64,000 nucleotides of DNA from a bacterium (GTDB taxonomy: Bacteria; Patescibacteriota; Minisyncoccia; JAHIHE01), in the NCBI GenBank assembly GCA_030693205.1, contig JAUYBG010000011.1, forward strand, positions 56,793 to 120,792. Direction: 5' to 3'. The notes under the pieces are model-generated. The model had not been told where the DNA came from and did not search any database. It worked only from the letters and a program-made list of their open reading frames with translations. Shown here one piece after another: positions 18,805 to 26,436 of this stretch (within the stretch, counting starts at the first letter, position 1; each line of letters starts with the position of its first letter). The position numbers were made by a program, and so were the translations under genes.

Positions 18805-18948
18805 CTAACAAAAAAGCTTGACTTTTATTACTTCAGTCGTGTCTTTTTGATAAGTATCCTTAGTCGTATTTAATGTCTCCCTACCTCTCTGAGCCGAAAC
18901 TTTCAAAGTTTTCATATCTTCGTCGAGTTTTACGAAAAGTTTTAGCAT
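18805..18948 (-). pseudogene. Truncated paralog of the 16064-16339 gene
   Basis: MLKLFVKLDEDMKTLKVSAQRGRETLNTTKDTYQKD then diverges and stops after 47 aa; aligns with MLKLLVKLDKDMKTLEVSAQRGKEILNTVKDTYQKD. Confidence 0.8.
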
Positions 18949-18962
18949 AAAATTATTTTAAA

Positions 18963-19706
18963 TTAATCTTTAAGACAGCGAAGGGAAAAACCATTTGCCT
19001 TGCTAATTAAAGTACGGCTAATATTCCCTCCAGCATCCCCTAAAAATATGTATCGACTCCATGCATTAGATCTATCGTCGATGTATTCATCGGCAGAAGT
19101 CCAATAATTATTGGACATGTTTCGACCATAGAAAAACCCAGCGGATGAACGTTCACCGCAGCCAATACCTTCAAATCCACTAGAACCGCTTAGTCCAAGC
19201 TTTATCCCAGCAGTAGCACAACCACCTGGACCGTTTCTGTCTTTTAAGCAAGTTTCGCCATTATCCTTTAATCCATTTTCTAACACATACCATTCCGAAT
19301 CTTTCGGCACGTGCCAGCCATTCGGACAAATGCCTTGAGCACCGTCTGTGACGGATTTATTCATTGCCGTATTCCAATCATACAATCCGCCGTCCGTTTC
19401 GCAAATTTTAGGATCATTATTATAGCAATAACGAGTAATTGATTTTCCTGCCGGATTTTTCGTAACTTTTAGATTTTCTTTCAACCAGCATTGCTCGCCA
19501 ATCTGCACCGTATTATAAATATTATTATCTATATCGGAAACGGTAGAAGTGCCACAGAAAAAAGAAGCTAAATTTTGTAATAATGGTTTTCTCACCAAAT
19601 ACTCTGCCACACCAATCACGACAATAAACGAAATTAAAATAACCGCGGCTAAAATTAATCTTGACGTGGCTAAATTAGCTGGCTTAGGTTTTTGTTCCGG
19701 AGACAT
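18963..19706 (-). CDS. Membrane-anchored FISUMP (Fibrobacter succinogenes major paralogous) domain protein
   Basis: DIDNNIYNTVQIGEQCWLKENL, GGLYDWNTAM, GICPNGWHVP.DSEW, GFSLRCLKD. Confidence 0.92.
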   Translation of the reverse strand: MSPEQKPKPANLATSRLILAAVILISFIVVIGVAEYLVRKPLLQNLASFFCGTSTVSDIDNNIYNTVQIGEQCWLKENLKVTKNPAGKSITRYCYNNDPKICETDGGLYDWNTAMNKSVTDGAQGICPNGWHVPKDSEWYVLENGLKDNGETCLKDRNGPGGCATAGIKLGLSGSSGFEGIGCGERSSAGFFYGRNMSNNYWTSADEYIDDRSNAWSRYIFLGDAGGNISRTLISKANGFSLRCLKD

Positions 19707-19717
19707 AAAATTAAAAT

Positions 19718-19963
19718 TTAATAATTATTATAAGTTTTATCCGATCTTTTTTCGATGGCCAAAATAAAACAACGGCCATTATCTTGTTTTTTGAAAATAA
19801 CTCTTAATTTTCCTTTTCTAACGCGAAAAATATTATCGCAGTTTTTCAATTTCTTTAAATCAAGCCCTGATAAAGAATCACTCTTTATTTTTAAAAGAAT
19901 AGTCTTTATCAAACCTCTATCTTTAACCGATAATTTTTCGAGCGCCTTGACAATTTTATCCAT
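19718..19963 (-). CDS. RelE/ParE-family toxin
   Basis: 81-aa basic protein, LKKLK...IFRVRKGKLRVIF; directly downstream of an antitoxin gene. Confidence 0.82.
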   Translation of the reverse strand: MDKIVKALEKLSVKDRGLIKTILLKIKSDSLSGLDLKKLKNCDNIFRVRKGKLRVIFKKQDNGRCFILAIEKRSDKTYNNY

Positions 19964-19967
19964 AAAA

Positions 19968-20183
19968 TTATAAAGCGGCCAAAAGCGCCTCTATGTCAAC
20001 GCCTTTTTTTTTTATTTTGGTAAAATTAATAACTTCCTCCCATTCATTGTCTTCGTCTATCGGACTTATTCTAAAAATCGGTTTGCTTTGTTTCAAAACG
20101 ATAAAAGATTTTCCAGCTTTTACTTCAGCCGAGTATTTCCCCATATTAAGCCGCAAATCTTTTAAGGCAATTAATTTTTCCAT
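19968..20183 (-). CDS. Phd/YefM-family antitoxin
   Basis: LKDLRLNMGKYSAEVKAGKSFIVLKQSKPIFRISP, acidic C-terminal region. Confidence 0.82.
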   Translation of the reverse strand: MEKLIALKDLRLNMGKYSAEVKAGKSFIVLKQSKPIFRISPIDEDNEWEEVINFTKIKKKGVDIEALLAAL

Positions 20184-20203
20184 ATATTTTGATTAGTAAA
20201 TAA

Positions 20204-20242
20204 GATTATCTAAAGTTTAACAAAAGATAATCCCGATGTCAA
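20204..20242 (-). promoter_or_regulatory. TA operon promoter with overlapping inverted-repeat operator
   Basis: Minus TTGACA-N17-TAAACT; gattatct(20204-20211)...agataatc(20225-20232) flank the -10. Confidence 0.7.
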
Positions 20243-20345
20243 GCAGGCATACTTATTCGCACTATGTCAATATTTCCAAAAAAATGTTAAAATACATTTA
20301 CTGACTAAGTTGATTTTACTCTAAATCATTAAATGCTTCAAATAT

Positions 20346-20780
20346 ATGCTAGGTCTATATTTCATCATTCCTCTTTTCGCGGTCATCAGCGCGCAAATAA
20401 TCAAGGTTGTCATAATGAGCCTAAAAACTGGCAAATTTGAGCCTTCTTATTTTCTCAAGCACGGACGCATGCCTTCCGCGCACACCGCACTAGTTGCATC
20501 TTTGGCAACTGTCGCCTTTTATTATGAAGGCTTGCATTCTATGGCTTTTGCTATCAGCATTACAGTAGCGTTTATCGTAATAGACGACGCGATTCGCTTC
20601 CGCTTTTACTTGGGGGAACAAGCCAAAACCGTCAATCGCCTGATTAAAGAAATTCTTCCGCCGGAAAAATCAGCCCAATATCACCGCCTTCATGAAACTC
20701 TGGGCCATTATCCCAACGAAGCACTGGCTGGCGCGATCTATGGAGTTGGCATATCGTTATTACTTTTAAAAATTTTATAA
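20346..20780 (+). CDS. Divergent PAP2 family (DUF212) membrane protein
   Basis: SAQIIK, GRMPSAHTA, VIDDAIRFR...GEQA, LGHYPNEALAG. Confidence 0.9.
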   Translation: MLGLYFIIPLFAVISAQIIKVVIMSLKTGKFEPSYFLKHGRMPSAHTALVASLATVAFYYEGLHSMAFAISITVAFIVIDDAIRFRFYLGEQAKTVNRLIKEILPPEKSAQYHRLHETLGHYPNEALAGAIYGVGISLLLLKIL

Positions 20781-20784
20781 AAGA

Positions 20785-21552
20785 TCAAAAATAATGCGTT
20801 TCGCCATTTTTTAAGATCAATACTTTTTTTTCAAAGGGAGTTCCTTTGATTTTTTCTTTTAAAACTTCCGCTGACTCGTTTGGCGTATCCAAAGACATCA
20901 TAAAAGATCCCCAATGGATCGGGATCATTTTTTCCGCTCCGATGATTTCCATAGCGCGAAGCGCTTCTTCCGGATCAGTATGAATATTTTTCAAAATCCA
21001 TCGGGGATAATACGCGCCAATTGGCATAAGAAGAATGCCAATTTTAAATTTTTCGGCAATTTGGGAAAAAATATCTTTATCAAAAGCCGTATCGCCGGCA
21101 AAATAAATATTTGCTTCGCTTGTTTCTATGACAAAACCTCCGGCTTTTCCTTTTGGATTCAAAAGCAAAGTGCGCTTATGCTTTGCTGGCACAAAAGTTA
21201 ATTTTATTTTTTTATCAAAAAGATCTCTCTCCTGCCAATATTCAAAACCGATGATTTTTTTAAATTTATGTTCTTCCAAATGATTTTTACTCTCATTATG
21301 GATCGCTATGGGAATTTTTTTCGAGATTTTTTTAAGGGTTGGGTTGTTGAGGTGGTCTCGGTGCGAATGAGAGATCAAAATAATATCCGCTTGATTCAGG
21401 TCATCAATGTTTGTATCCAGCCTTTTCAGCCGGGGCATTCCGAACACAAATCTTGCTAAATTCGGATCAGTAAGTATTTTAACGCCGCAAACATCGATCA
21501 GCACGGTCGAATGGCCGATAAATTTTATGGAATTTTGCATAATAATTTTCAT
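20785..21552 (-). CDS. MBL-fold metallo-hydrolase
   Basis: IGHST, LTDP, SHSHRDH (HxHxDH), YFAGDT, MIPIHWGSF. Confidence 0.93.
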   Translation of the reverse strand: MKIIMQNSIKFIGHSTVLIDVCGVKILTDPNLARFVFGMPRLKRLDTNIDDLNQADIILISHSHRDHLNNPTLKKISKKIPIAIHNESKNHLEEHKFKKIIGFEYWQERDLFDKKIKLTFVPAKHKRTLLLNPKGKAGGFVIETSEANIYFAGDTAFDKDIFSQIAEKFKIGILLMPIGAYYPRWILKNIHTDPEEALRAMEIIGAEKMIPIHWGSFMMSLDTPNESAEVLKEKIKGTPFEKKVLILKNGETHYF

Positions 21553-22121
21553 TTTTTCTTCCCCAGACTTTTGAGCGCCAGGCGAACTTTTTCCGCCGGA
21601 TCAATCACTGTATCCGGCACTTTTTCCAACGCCCCGAAAGCCTGTGCGCGGCTATAGCCCAAACTCATCAGAGCTTCCAGGGCATCGGACATTCCTTCCG
21701 TCTCGCGCGTCGCTTCTCCAAAAACTTTTACTTTGGAAGATAGTTCCAGGATCACCCTTTCAGCGGTTTTCTTGCCTACGCCGGAAACTTTTGTTAAAAG
21801 CGAAATATCGCTCCTCGCGATAGCGGATTTGATCGAATCGACTGTCGCCATATTCAAAATTCCCATGGCTGATTTCGGGCCAATGCCAGTAACAGAAAAT
21901 AGGAGTTCGAACATCTGCTGATCCTGGCGATTAATAAAACCGTAAAGCCGCGCGTCATCTTCGCGAACATAATGATAAGTGAAAAATTCTACCGTATCGC
22001 CGATATTCAAGCTCGCCACATCCCGCTCGATCGTAAAAATTTTATAACCGATATCATTGGCTACCACTATCACAAAATTCTCTTCCTTGACTTTGATTGT
22101 ACCTTTTATATAAGAGATCAT
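21549..22121 (-). CDS. ruvA: Holliday junction branch migration protein RuvA
   Basis: MISYIKG, YVRED..RLYGF, HhH VTGIGPKSA and VSGVGKKTAERVILEL, EALMSLGY. Confidence 0.98.
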   Translation of the reverse strand: MISYIKGTIKVKEENFVIVVANDIGYKIFTIERDVASLNIGDTVEFFTYHYVREDDARLYGFINRQDQQMFELLFSVTGIGPKSAMGILNMATVDSIKSAIARSDISLLTKVSGVGKKTAERVILELSSKVKVFGEATRETEGMSDALEALMSLGYSRAQAFGALEKVPDTVIDPAEKVRLALKSLGKKK

Positions 22122-22127
22122 GGAGCT

Positions 22128-22196
22128 GATTTACGATTTAAAATTTAAGAATAAAAAATTAATTATTCATAAATCATACTTCATATATCTTAAATC
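22128..22196. repeat. Heptamer-based imperfect palindrome upstream of ruvA
   Basis: gatttac gatttaa aatttaa gaat ... attc ataaatc atacttc atatatc ttaaatc. Confidence 0.65.
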
Positions 22197-22221
22197 CATT
22201 CTACGTCTATTCTAACTCCTC

Positions 22222-22250
22222 TTGACCAATTTCGCAACTTATGGTACATT
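22222..22250 (+). promoter_or_regulatory. Putative rpsT promoter
   Basis: TTGACC-N17-TACATT with extended TG. Confidence 0.55.
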
Positions 22251-22304
22251 TTCTCTATCGTTATAAATAAACAGCTTACTTAATAAATATCGAATTTCCG
22301 GTTT

Positions 22305-22358
22305 TAAAATTGAATCATTGAAAATTGATTGAAAATTGAAAATTGGAAATTGAAAATT
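22305..22358 (+). repeat. Degenerate GAAAATT heptamer array upstream of rpsT
   Basis: taaaattgaatcattgaaaattgattgaaaattgaaaattggaaattgaaaatt; same unit as 1994-2050. Confidence 0.7.
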
Positions 22359-22366
22359 AACACCCC

Positions 22367-22651
22367 ATGCCAATCATTAAATCAGCAAAAAAAGCTTTAA
22401 GGCAAAACATTGCCAGACGCGAGCGAAACGCGAAAGTGAAAGAAAATGTCCGGGCTTTGGCAAAAAAACTTACCAAGATTGTTGCCGCTAAAAACGCCGA
22501 AGAGATCAAAAAAACTTTGATCTTAGCCATTAAAGCTATTGATAAAGCCGCCAAAAATCATATTATCCCGAAAAACACCGCTTCCAGAAAGAAATCACTC
22601 TTAGCCAAGCTTGCAAATGCAGGAATGAAAGAACCAACCAAAAAATCCTAA
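22367..22651 (+). CDS. rpsT: 30S ribosomal protein S20
   Basis: MPIIKSAKKALRQ...IDKAAKNHIIPKNTASRKKS; convergent with holA. Confidence 0.97.
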   Translation: MPIIKSAKKALRQNIARRERNAKVKENVRALAKKLTKIVAAKNAEEIKKTLILAIKAIDKAAKNHIIPKNTASRKKSLLAKLANAGMKEPTKKS

Positions 22652-23679
22652 GATAAATTTCCGATTTCAATGATCAGCAATTCTAAGGCCGCCTCAGCGT
22701 TGAGGCGTCCTTTTTTGATCAAAAAATCAAACTTAAAAAATCTTTTATATAATTTGCGCAAATATTCGTAGCTGAATCCGTTCGCCTGCGCAATCGTTTT
22801 ACTTACGACAAAAGGGTGCAGTTTGGTTTCCTCGGCTATCACTCCGGAATTAGCGGTTTTTTTCCGCGTCATCGCGTCTTTCACTTTCAAAAGATTCCGG
22901 AATTGATAAACAAACATCGTAAATAAATAGATCGGCGCTTCGCCTTTTTCCAAATGCCCGGCCAAAAGCTTCAAGGCTGTTTTTTTATCGCGGCGCGCTA
23001 AAGCATCAATGGTCGAAAAAATATTGCTGGGCAAATCGCTTTTTACCAGATCCTCGACATCTTGTTCGTTAATTTCTGCATAGTCTTCATATTTTTTCTC
23101 CTTGCTAAAATCCATTTTCAATAAAACTAATTTTTCAATTTCTGCATTGAGCCGCCACAGATCGCCGCCGACAAAAAGCGCTAACTTATTTACTGCTTGC
23201 GGCGTTATTTTAATTTTTTCTTTCGCAATCTTAGCACCAATCCATTTATTGATCTCAGCTGGCGCCATCGGCGCAAAATTAAACACATTGCCTTTTTTCG
23301 CCAAAGCGCTCCATTCTTTTCCGCCGGCCGCGCCTTTCTTGCCGATTTCCAGCCTTTCAAAAAATACAAAATCCACTTTAAAACCCTGTGGTGAGCTTGT
23401 CGAACCATTTTTCTTATCCATCTCGATAACATAATCCGGGATTTCTTCTTTTGTTTTAATGTCTCCTTCACTGAACAGGTTTTTTATTATTATCATTCTG
23501 GCCGGAGAAAAAAAACCCAGCGACTGGCTCGCGGCCTTGATATTGTTCGCGTTCATATTTTCCACATCAAAAACCTCCAAATTCATCCGGCCTTTATCTT
23601 TCGCTCCAAATTCGGCGATCAATTCCTTTAATTTTTCGTGAGCGCGGAATGAATCCACGCCATGGATCAGATAGATCAT
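22648..23679 (-). CDS. holA: DNA polymerase III subunit delta
   Basis: MIYLIHG.D, SLGFFS..RMIIIKN, GGDLWRLNAEIEKL, LHPFVVSK; contains a short repeat-derived insertion GSTSSPQG. Confidence 0.93.
   Translation of the reverse strand: MIYLIHGVDSFRAHEKLKELIAEFGAKDKGRMNLEVFDVENMNANNIKAASQSLGFFSPARMIIIKNLFSEGDIKTKEEIPDYVIEMDKKNGSTSSPQGFKVDFVFFERLEIGKKGAAGGKEWSALAKKGNVFNFAPMAPAEINKWIGAKIAKEKIKITPQAVNKLALFVGGDLWRLNAEIEKLVLLKMDFSKEKKYEDYAEINEQDVEDLVKSDLPSNIFSTIDALARRDKKTALKLLAGHLEKGEAPIYLFTMFVYQFRNLLKVKDAMTRKKTANSGVIAEETKLHPFVVSKTIAQANGFSYEYLRKLYKRFFKFDFLIKKGRLNAEAALELLIIEIGNLS
23383..23406 (-). repeat. REP-like short repeat inserted in-frame in holA
   Basis: Minus ggttcgacaagctcaccacagggt encodes GSTSSPQG; resembles the TTCGACAAGCTCA repeat family from memory. 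Confidence 0.65.
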
Positions 23680-23696
23680 ATCTTTATTTATAAATA

Positions 23697-25055
23697 CTAC
23701 CTCCCGCTTTTCTTTTTTGCAAGCTCCTTGATCATATCATAAGTATCGAATTCAGGCGCCAAAGAATCATAATTCCGGTATTTGCCGAAAGCAAGTATTT
23801 TCGCGCTCGGCCCCATATAACCGCCATGCGCAGGATAAATAAAGTTAACACCAACTTCCGCAAAAGATTCATCAAGATCTTGCAACAAAGTGCTTTGCTG
23901 TTTTTTATTCAACTTCTGGCTAAAATTAACCATCGGGGATTGATCTGTACTCCAGTCAATAAAAGCAAAGACTGGGGTATTGCCGTATAAATTTCGCGTA
24001 TTTGTTATTTTTTCATAAATTTCACTGAGTTTTTTGTCAAAAATTTCGTTATCGACAGGCGTAATAGTTATAAAATCAATATTTTGAGGAATATTTTTAA
24101 TTCCTTCAATAAATTTAAGCGGTATGCCCCATGAGCCGACATAAATATATTTGCCTTTTGATTCGCCATATTTATGTATCTCGTCAATAATTTTTTCCGA
24201 TGCATTATATAGATCTTTAAGCATCGGGTGTTTATTATCATTTGTAAGTGGATAAAAAAATAAGGTTTGGGGCAGTCCATCTATCCAGATAGCATTTGCT
24301 CCCGCGTCAATTTGCCTGTAAGCCCAGCTTAAAAGAATCTCCTGATATTCCTGATTCGTAATATCGGGAAAATACGCTTCAACCTTATTCGGGTCATACT
24401 GTCCTGCTCCTCCCCAACCGTGCCACTCGGCAAATTGAGCCTGAAATTCTTCTTTTGTAAATAACTTGCCGTTTTTTTGTATATTCCATTTTCCAGGATC
24501 AAGAGCCATTGCCCATGTTTCTTCGGTTGTATAAATTTTGCCGGTAATATCATTCTTATCAATTCGATTAATACGTTGGGCGGGAATTGCGCCGACGAAT
24601 ATGATTTCTGGATTTTCTTTTTTAATCAAAGCTATTCTTTTTTCAAGTTCCATGTAATTATATCCGCTTTTCTCAACAAGAAACGAGAGTTCGTTCGGCT
24701 TTATTTTTACCTGCTCGGCATAAAATGCAGCAAGCTCCGGATATATATCTCGCGGTGAATCAAAAGCCGGATACCATCTCCAAAATCCGCGGAATATCAT
24801 ATCCGCATTAGTTTCTTTTAAAATTTTAATAACCTCATTCGTATTTCTCTCTAAACCAACAGGAAGACCATCGGTTATGTTTTCATAAAGAACCGCGGCT
24901 TTGACTTTGCCTAAATCGTTCTTTGAGTTAGTCCACTCGCTGCTTAGCGTGTTGTTTATTTGATCCGAAGTTTTAAACGGAATGCGTCGAATTATCAAAA
25001 CAGCGATAATTGCAATAAAAAATACTGCCACAAAAATTAGAATTTTTTTGTTCAT
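23697..25055 (-). CDS. Membrane-anchored hypothetical protein, probable glycoside-hydrolase-like TIM barrel
   Basis: Start MNKKILIFV (ATG 25055) with signal anchor; DMIFRGFWRW, YFPDITN.EYQ, QIDAGANAIWIDG, FAFIDW resemble clan GH-D/GH114-like barrel motifs. Confidence 0.6.
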   Translation of the reverse strand: MNKKILIFVAVFFIAIIAVLIIRRIPFKTSDQINNTLSSEWTNSKNDLGKVKAAVLYENITDGLPVGLERNTNEVIKILKETNADMIFRGFWRWYPAFDSPRDIYPELAAFYAEQVKIKPNELSFLVEKSGYNYMELEKRIALIKKENPEIIFVGAIPAQRINRIDKNDITGKIYTTEETWAMALDPGKWNIQKNGKLFTKEEFQAQFAEWHGWGGAGQYDPNKVEAYFPDITNQEYQEILLSWAYRQIDAGANAIWIDGLPQTLFFYPLTNDNKHPMLKDLYNASEKIIDEIHKYGESKGKYIYVGSWGIPLKFIEGIKNIPQNIDFITITPVDNEIFDKKLSEIYEKITNTRNLYGNTPVFAFIDWSTDQSPMVNFSQKLNKKQQSTLLQDLDESFAEVGVNFIYPAHGGYMGPSAKILAFGKYRNYDSLAPEFDTYDMIKELAKKKSGR

Positions 25056-25069
25056 AAAAAGATTGTCCT

Positions 25070-26194
25070 TTAATTGTTTACTTTCCACTCCGTCTTCTGA
25101 TCCGTCTGCATAATTTCCACCCAAATATTCCCGAGTGCGAATTTTATTTCCGTGCCAAAATTATCCAAATAATAAAATTTTGCCGAAGATGGATTTTTCT
25201 GCCAAATGCCTTCAGTTTTTCCGCCGTTCACATAAAATTCCGCCCTGCCTTTGCCTTCCAGGGCGACATCGTTGTAATCGCCTTCGATTTGTTTGGATAC
25301 TGCGAACATTACGATAACGTTTTTTGCTGTCACTTGTTTTTTATTATTCCTGTCGATCTCTTTTTTCCCTCCCCGGCTTCTTTGATAGGAATTTGTCGCG
25401 GCATCATATTTATACTCTACCCGAAATTCTCCCGGATAGCCAATTTTCAACGTGCCATCAACAGCATCTTTACATTTAATAGATTGATTGCTTTCTTTTT
25501 CGCATTCCACACGGGAAAACCCTTTGAATTTATTCTCTACTCTGTAACCCAGTTTTTTAGCAGATTCAAGCAGTTTTTCGCCATTAGTAAAACCGTTATG
25601 CGGAGCCGGCAAATTATTTTTACGGTAAAAAACACTGTAAGGATTAACTAGGGCATCGAGTTCGTCTATCGTACCTATTTTTAAATTATCCAGCGCAAAA
25701 TGCGATCCGCCCCAATGCGCGTAAATCGCATCAATACTATTGGCCAGATCGATAAAATCATGGCGCGCGCTTCTGATACTCCCGATCTCTTTCGGAAGCG
25801 TACAGCCGAAAACCGCCATCAAGCGCGTAATACTATCGGTGATCACTGGCATTTCAAAAACAATATCCGCTTCGCTGATCCCCGAAAGCGGACGCGTGAT
25901 CGCATCAGTGGCTAACATTACGGCGATGGATCTCCTTGTACTATCTTTGCAAGATTCTTGCCCGTAAGGAGTAACCGCTTCATCGCTAAACTCATCAGCG
26001 TTTTCCTTTTTAACCTCTTCGTCTTTTATAACAACTGAGAGCTCGGGGTTGGAAATTACCGTATCTTTTTTATCATTGGTAATTTCATAATTATGTTTGC
26101 TAAAAAACCCGCTATTGCCGAGATAAGCGAAAACTAAAAATAACACCAACACTAAAATAATTTTTATTTTATGTTTTTTAAATAAATTTTTCAT
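25070..26194 (-). CDS. DUF3048 domain protein (YerB-like)
   Basis: RSIAVM, RPLSGISEADIVFE, ITRLMA, IGSIRSAR, AHWGGS, APHN, GNIWVEI. Confidence 0.9.
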   Translation of the reverse strand: MKNLFKKHKIKIILVLVLFLVFAYLGNSGFFSKHNYEITNDKKDTVISNPELSVVIKDEEVKKENADEFSDEAVTPYGQESCKDSTRRSIAVMLATDAITRPLSGISEADIVFEMPVITDSITRLMAVFGCTLPKEIGSIRSARHDFIDLANSIDAIYAHWGGSHFALDNLKIGTIDELDALVNPYSVFYRKNNLPAPHNGFTNGEKLLESAKKLGYRVENKFKGFSRVECEKESNQSIKCKDAVDGTLKIGYPGEFRVEYKYDAATNSYQRSRGGKKEIDRNNKKQVTAKNVIVMFAVSKQIEGDYNDVALEGKGRAEFYVNGGKTEGIWQKNPSSAKFYYLDNFGTEIKFALGNIWVEIMQTDQKTEWKVNN

Positions 26195-26226
26195 AAATTA
26201 GCTTATAAATCAAAAAATTCTCCGCC

Positions 26227-26396
26227 TTCCGCGACAATTTTATTTTTATTAAAAGCACATTTTGGAGTTTTGGCAAAACAAGATTATATGCTAAAGACCG
26301 AAAACGACAAAATCTGAGCGAAGCATTTAAATATCAATGAATAACTCCTATGTATCTGCTGAGCGTCTTTTAATTAAAAATAAAATTGTCGCGGAA
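26227..26396. repeat. 170-bp element bounded by perfect 22-bp inverted repeats with nested internal pairing
   Basis: ttccgcgacaattttattttta (26227-26248) / taaaaataaaattgtcgcggaa (26375-26396); inner acat..ggagtt / aactcc.atgt. Confidence 0.85.
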
Positions 26397-26436
26397 ATAG
26401 CTTAATAAAATAACTTTTAACTTTTCATTTTTAATT

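Noticed and set aside
16064-19730. Diversity-generating retroelement explanation for the duplicated segments
   Set aside because: No reverse transcriptase in the window, differences are not adenine-specific, and the repeats are at gene 5' ends
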